Assembly: GCA_964016885.1 (NCBI GenBank)
Contig: OZ024741.1
Location: 176,142,001 to 176,206,000 of the forward strand
Direction of reading: 5' to 3'
Origin: Eledone cirrhosa
Lineage: Eukaryota
DNA length: 64,000 nucleotides
Made by a program: the position numbers and the translations under genes
In this document: positions 58,353 through 64,000 of the stretch, one piece after another
Layout: every line of letters begins with the position of its first letter
Position numbering within the stretch: position 1 is the stretch's first letter
Notes under the pieces: generated by a model
What the model was told of the DNA's origin: nothing
Databases searched by the model: none
Seen by the model: only the letters and a program-made list of their open reading frames with translations

Positions 58353-58439
58353 ATAGACATAATCGGTGTCTAGCCTAACACCGTGGATTCCAGTAGAAGT
58401 AGTGTGGGACAACTGCAAATAGTTAGTTCATTTCCGTCA

Positions 58440-59100
58440 CAGAATACAAGAAACCCCACTCTCTCTTCATATCTCATACCTTAAACTATATCAGACTAAT
58501 ACCAAGCCAAGATTTGTAGGCGTCCGTCTTTACTCAGATGGTATATTTGATCTCTTGCTTGGACCAAGGGGTCTTCCTGCTTTCCGGTACCACACCAAAC
58601 CCCTTTCTCCCGCAGCATTTAACAGCTGAAGCAGAAGCTGCTGAGCTGGACAATCTCCACTCTGTCTCAAGATCCTCAATTTTCTCAGGGAGTTCTCTAA
58701 ATTTGGATGTAATAGTATCTGCACACCTAGTCCTGAACTCCTTATAACCCAACGTTTCCCACTGTCTCATGTAGGTCGCCTGGGATCTGCCAGCTTTAAG
58801 GGCTTCATTGGCTTCAGGTAGTCCCAAGCTGCAGATAACTAGATGGTGATCAGTTGACTACCCAGCCCCTCTCTTACCACGAACATCCAGCACAGAATTG
58901 AAGGGTCAGTTTCAATAACAAAATCAATTATTGAACTCTGACCCTGTTTCCGCCTCTTTCATGTATATTTGTGGATGTCTTTGTGCTGGAAGAAAGTGTT
59001 CATAATAGAGAGTCCATTGCTAGAACATAAGTCTAATAAGGCCTTGTCATTCGTATTTAGATCAGGATGTCGCCGTTCCTTCCAACCACCCCTGTCCATG
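58440..59100 (-). mobile_element. RTE LINE AP-endonuclease end and linker fragment
   Basis: NGLSIMNTFFQHKDIHKYT, IIDFVI, VLDVRGKRG, STDHHLVIC. Confidence 0.8.
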
Positions 59101-59234
59101 TGGTCGATAATCAGCATGCAGCAGTTTTAACGAAAAATCAATTTAACCTAATATCAAATGTTTTGATAATCCGAAACGGAGAAAGCGGGCTTTGCTAACA
59201 TCAATTTTTGTACATGTTATAAAGATCATTTATT

Positions 59235-59403
59235 TATATACCAGCTGCACGTTTCAACCTCTTTTATTCCATCATTTTCCTTATATAACATGATCTATAT
59301 AGCACGTATTCTAACGTCCACACCTGTATATATAATAACGTATATATAACATGTATATAACGTATATATACATACATACATACATACATATATATATATA
59401 ATA

Positions 59404-59489
<86 letters not shown>

Positions 59490-59495
59490 GAACGT

Positions 59496-59530
<35 letters not shown>

Positions 59531-59645
59531 GAACGTTATTATATCTATATATATAGGTGTGAACGTTAGGAAATGTTCTATACAGATCCTGTTATATAAG
59601 GTAAATGATTGTAAAAAAGAGTTTGCGTGTGTGTGAGGTGTATAA
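59235..59645. repeat. Diverged ~105-bp inverted repeats bracketing an (AT)n tract
   Basis: CCTTATATAACATGATCT..CTAACGTCCACACCT versus AGGTGTGAACGTTAG..AGATCCTGTTATATAAGG. Confidence 0.7.
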
Positions 59646-61299
59646 CTAATCCATCAATTTCCTTCATCTGACATAAACAAATTTACACCAGACAAATGCT
59701 ATGATCGACACAACTCTTCAAGGAATTGCTCCAGCATGGTCACAGTTAAATTACTTAAACCAGTAAACGAATAAATGCGAACACATGAATAAAAGAATAC
59801 TTGAAATATTGATAATTATGTCTTCATTCTATACATTGTTATCAATGTTTGCTTTCTCAGCTTTCTTTATTTCTCTCTCATTCTTTCTTTCTTTCATTCG
59901 CTCTCTCGCTATCTCCTCCTCTCTTAGTTCCGGAACCATACTCCAGATTTCTCCCATTGAGAAGATTTGATTTTCATCCTGAAAGTCTGCTTAGAATCTA
60001 AGATCAAATATGTAATATGTAGATTAATTTCCTTAAGAACAGTACTGAAATTAATTTCATATTTATTCAATGCTGAGAAAATATTTCAAAGAAATGGAGC
60101 ACTTTAAGATATAACTATTTATCATTACAATAGTTGTTATTTCTAGTTATATTTAGTAAGTGTTGTGAGGAAGGCAGTATGTATGGGTGTTTCGATCATC
60201 TATACATTCGCCCCTCACCCACCATCTTACCCTTCCTCTTATACAAATTAACGGTCTTGTGTCCATGTGAGAAAATCAATATCTAGTATATTTAGAAATT
60301 ATTGATAGACAATAGATGATTTCAATGCTGTTTCATTGATATCGATTAGTTACAAAATCATTGTAAATCAGGTCCCGGACACAATCCCGTAGGCGAAAAA
60401 CATATTGTGGAGGATTCAATTGACCTCACTGTGTTGCTGGTATTTATCGATGTCACATTGGTGAACCAATTCGTCAATTCTGGTGACGGTTAAACTCAGA
60501 ATAAAGACAAACAAACATATACCGATAGTAATTTAATCGGTGGTTCTATTCATTTTCCACCGTTGAATAAGAGTTTACAAATACCGAATTTTTAAAGGGT
60601 TGCCCTGGCATTTATCTATTTGTAAAGGGAGTCACCTTCTAATGAATGGACAAAAACCTGTGAAAAGTGGTAACGTAGTTTTATGTTTTTTTCACTACAG
60701 GTAGTCTAACAAAGGTGTAGTTACACTTGTTAATTTCCACAGAGGAGTTTACTCCATATATATCTACATTACATTTATCGTAGATCCTCTAACATATACT
60801 ATACTTAAATATTTATTATTGAATTAATTACGTTTATGAATGAATGCACGTTATGCAAATGAGCCTAGCTATTTCAATTACGTCTTACTTTGCCTACGAG
60901 ACAAGCGAATAGGTTATAGTTTTTCAGAAAGGTGACAAAATGAAAGCAGATCTTTTATGAATGGCCAAAAATCTGGGTATCTTATAAAGAAAATCTCTTA
61001 TATCTTTCTATGGACAAAGGGTAAAACAAATGTGTATTTACAATTGACTATTTCAGGCTTGTCTGAGGGGCGTGGCCGTGGCACCACTCAGGCAGAGGAC
61101 AATAACAGTCCCATCCCTCTATCCTATTCTCGCCGCTTAATCCTTCTTTCTTTTTCTTTATTTAATATTTTTTATTCTTCCTTTTCTGTCCCCATTAGCA
61201 GAGTGTTGCCTTTATTAGGTACTGCTTAATTATTTTATATAACATCAATCACAATCCATAACATTGTGTGGGTACACACTCGAAGATAAACTATCTAAC

Positions 61300-61700
61300 G
61301 CATATCTCCTAACTAAGTTCAGAATGGTAGCAGTCAGACCTTTAGTATGTAATCGCAACTACCGTCGGTTGCTCATGTTATCAGAATGAGTGACCAAAGA
61401 ATAACGAAAGTCCTCATAGTCAGCTTGATAGTGCATATAGAAATGTTGGGTAGCTATAGCTCAGGTACAAATGTTTCATATGCCATATGAAAGATTTGGA
61501 AGGACTGGAGATCTGTGCGTCATAATGAGATCAGAAACTTCGAATCTGGTTGTATCCATTTTCTACAAGAAACAAGAGGGAGGACAAAAGCATTAGCAAA
61601 CGTATCTGCAATATTTTCTAGTAATTCTCACAATTGCACCATGTGTTGACTTGCTTGCAAATCGTTGGCAGGACTAACTTTCCATACCGGCCATTTATAT
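61300..61700 (+). mobile_element. Old RTE LINE 3' fragment
   Basis: AHVIRMSDQRITK, plus a terminal C..C..ACKSLAGL.FH-like motif. Confidence 0.55.
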
Positions 61701-61857
61701 CCAAATAATTGACCACACAAACATACACACATACACACATACACACACAGAAACGCAGAGAAACAAACACAGACACACACAGAGATATATCAATTAAAAG
61801 TTAATTAGTCTCTAATACTTAAACATATTGAGAGAAATCTCTCAGAGAAGCAATATT

Positions 61858-62068
61858 ATATATTAAAAGCAAATGAGAATAAACTCTAATTATGGGAATA
61901 CAAACAAGAGAGACAAGAAAGTATTCAATCTAACCTCCCTTATATATTGATCTCCGTGCTATTGTAGGGAGATTTGAATATATGCGAGGTTAGATAGAAT
62001 TTTGTTTTTGTCTATCCTGTTTGTACTCCCATAATCAGAGTTTATTCTCACTTAATTTTAATATATAT
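61858..62068. mobile_element. ~210-bp hairpin, MITE-like
   Basis: TGAGAATAAACTCTAATTATGGGA / TCCCATAATCAGAGTTTATTCTCA arms; TA-rich ends. Confidence 0.65.
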
Positions 62069-62929
62069 ATATGTCCCTGTGTGTGTGTATGTGTGTATTA
62101 TCTTATTTCGCTGTATGAATGAAACCATTGCAACAATGAGTGTTCCTTTCGCCTGAATTAAAGTTTTCACTGTGATCAGACCATGAATCTAAGTGCTAAC
62201 AACGTATTCCGGTTTGCGTTTTGATCGCCACCTTATTCCAAACTGGACACCATCCAGTCTACAACATATCGATTGCTATACCAGTCACATGTAACATTAT
62301 CCCACCACCTTCTGAGACCACCAATAATATCTATACATTTCATACTTTCAAAATAAATATTTTAACATAGACGAAATCCAATTTTAGAATTCAACAAAAG
62401 GACACTTTGTATCTCTAGTAATCAATATATTTGACTGGAATATAGGAGATAGGAGAATATATAGTTACGGCTAATGGATTGTGAGAGACGACTTGTAAGT
62501 TCATTTCTATATACGTCAGTGGAAAATGGAAATAGGTATATGTGTAAATGGTTTAATGCATTTGCGCACACTATTTTATTATTTTATTCTCACTCTATGG
62601 TAGAATATCTGGCATGGGTTAGATAATTCTACTATAGATGTTAGTCTTTATGTTCTTTATATCTGTCTTTCCTTTGTTTGTTCCTGGATTTTTTCGTTGA
62701 TTTACTTTATTGCATATATTTGTCGTATTTGTATAATATGTAAAACAGGTGCTTTACAGCTGAATACCTTTCTGCTAGCATCATTCAACTGTTAAGTAAC
62801 AAAGACACATACAACAATATACACATGCATGAATACACAGATGAATACTTATATATCTCACCATCTCTTTCTCCCCTCTCTCTCGTCTCTCCATATATAT
62901 ATATACATGTATATATGCATATATATATG

Positions 62930-63011
<82 letters not shown>

Positions 63012-63052
63012 CATATATATATACATATATATATATATACATATATATATAC

Positions 63053-63175
<123 letters not shown>

Positions 63176-63244
63176 TATATACATATATACATATATATAT
63201 GTATATATATATGTGTATATATATATATATAATATGTATATATG

Positions 63245-63800
<556 letters not shown>

Positions 63801-64000
63801 ATTTGAAAAACATTTGTGGGTCAGGAAATATCACTGTTGCCATATATAAGAGAGTACAGAGAATAAAATTGGGCAGATAATCTTATAACGTATTAGAGGT
63901 ATAAACAGATAGTGAATGATACAGAAATGATAAGGAGAAATGCGTATATGTTATTGAAATTCAGTGAAACAGACTGGCAAAGGAAGCCGGAATGTGGAGG

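Overview
This is AT-rich, microsatellite-saturated eukaryotic DNA. The SINE repertoire resembles octopus/cephalopod repeats, which is an inference. I found no intact host gene; almost all ORF-track entries are (AT)n/(CA)n artefacts. The window is dominated by Penelope-like retroelements (PLEs). The main family A encodes RT, a Cys linker and a GIY-YIG endonuclease, and occurs in six degenerate or rearranged insertions. Two further coding PLE families and several non-coding families are also present. About 20 type I hammerhead ribozyme motifs from at least 8 sequence families can be read directly, including variant cores CAGANGA and UUGAUAA. Nearly all sit with their 3' ends in (AT)n tracts, often as tail-out inverted pairs or long palindromes. 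The most unusual items are a 319-nt retrozyme-like unit with a U3-A8 hammerhead and a ~270-nt concatemeric unit that carries a tRNA-like cloverleaf instead of a hammerhead but inserts with PLE geometry. The window also holds tRNA-derived SINEs, RTE/R4/CR1 LINE fragments, non-autonomous Helitrons and a decayed class A GPCR pseudogene. All structures were read by eye, boundaries are approximate and no activity was tested.
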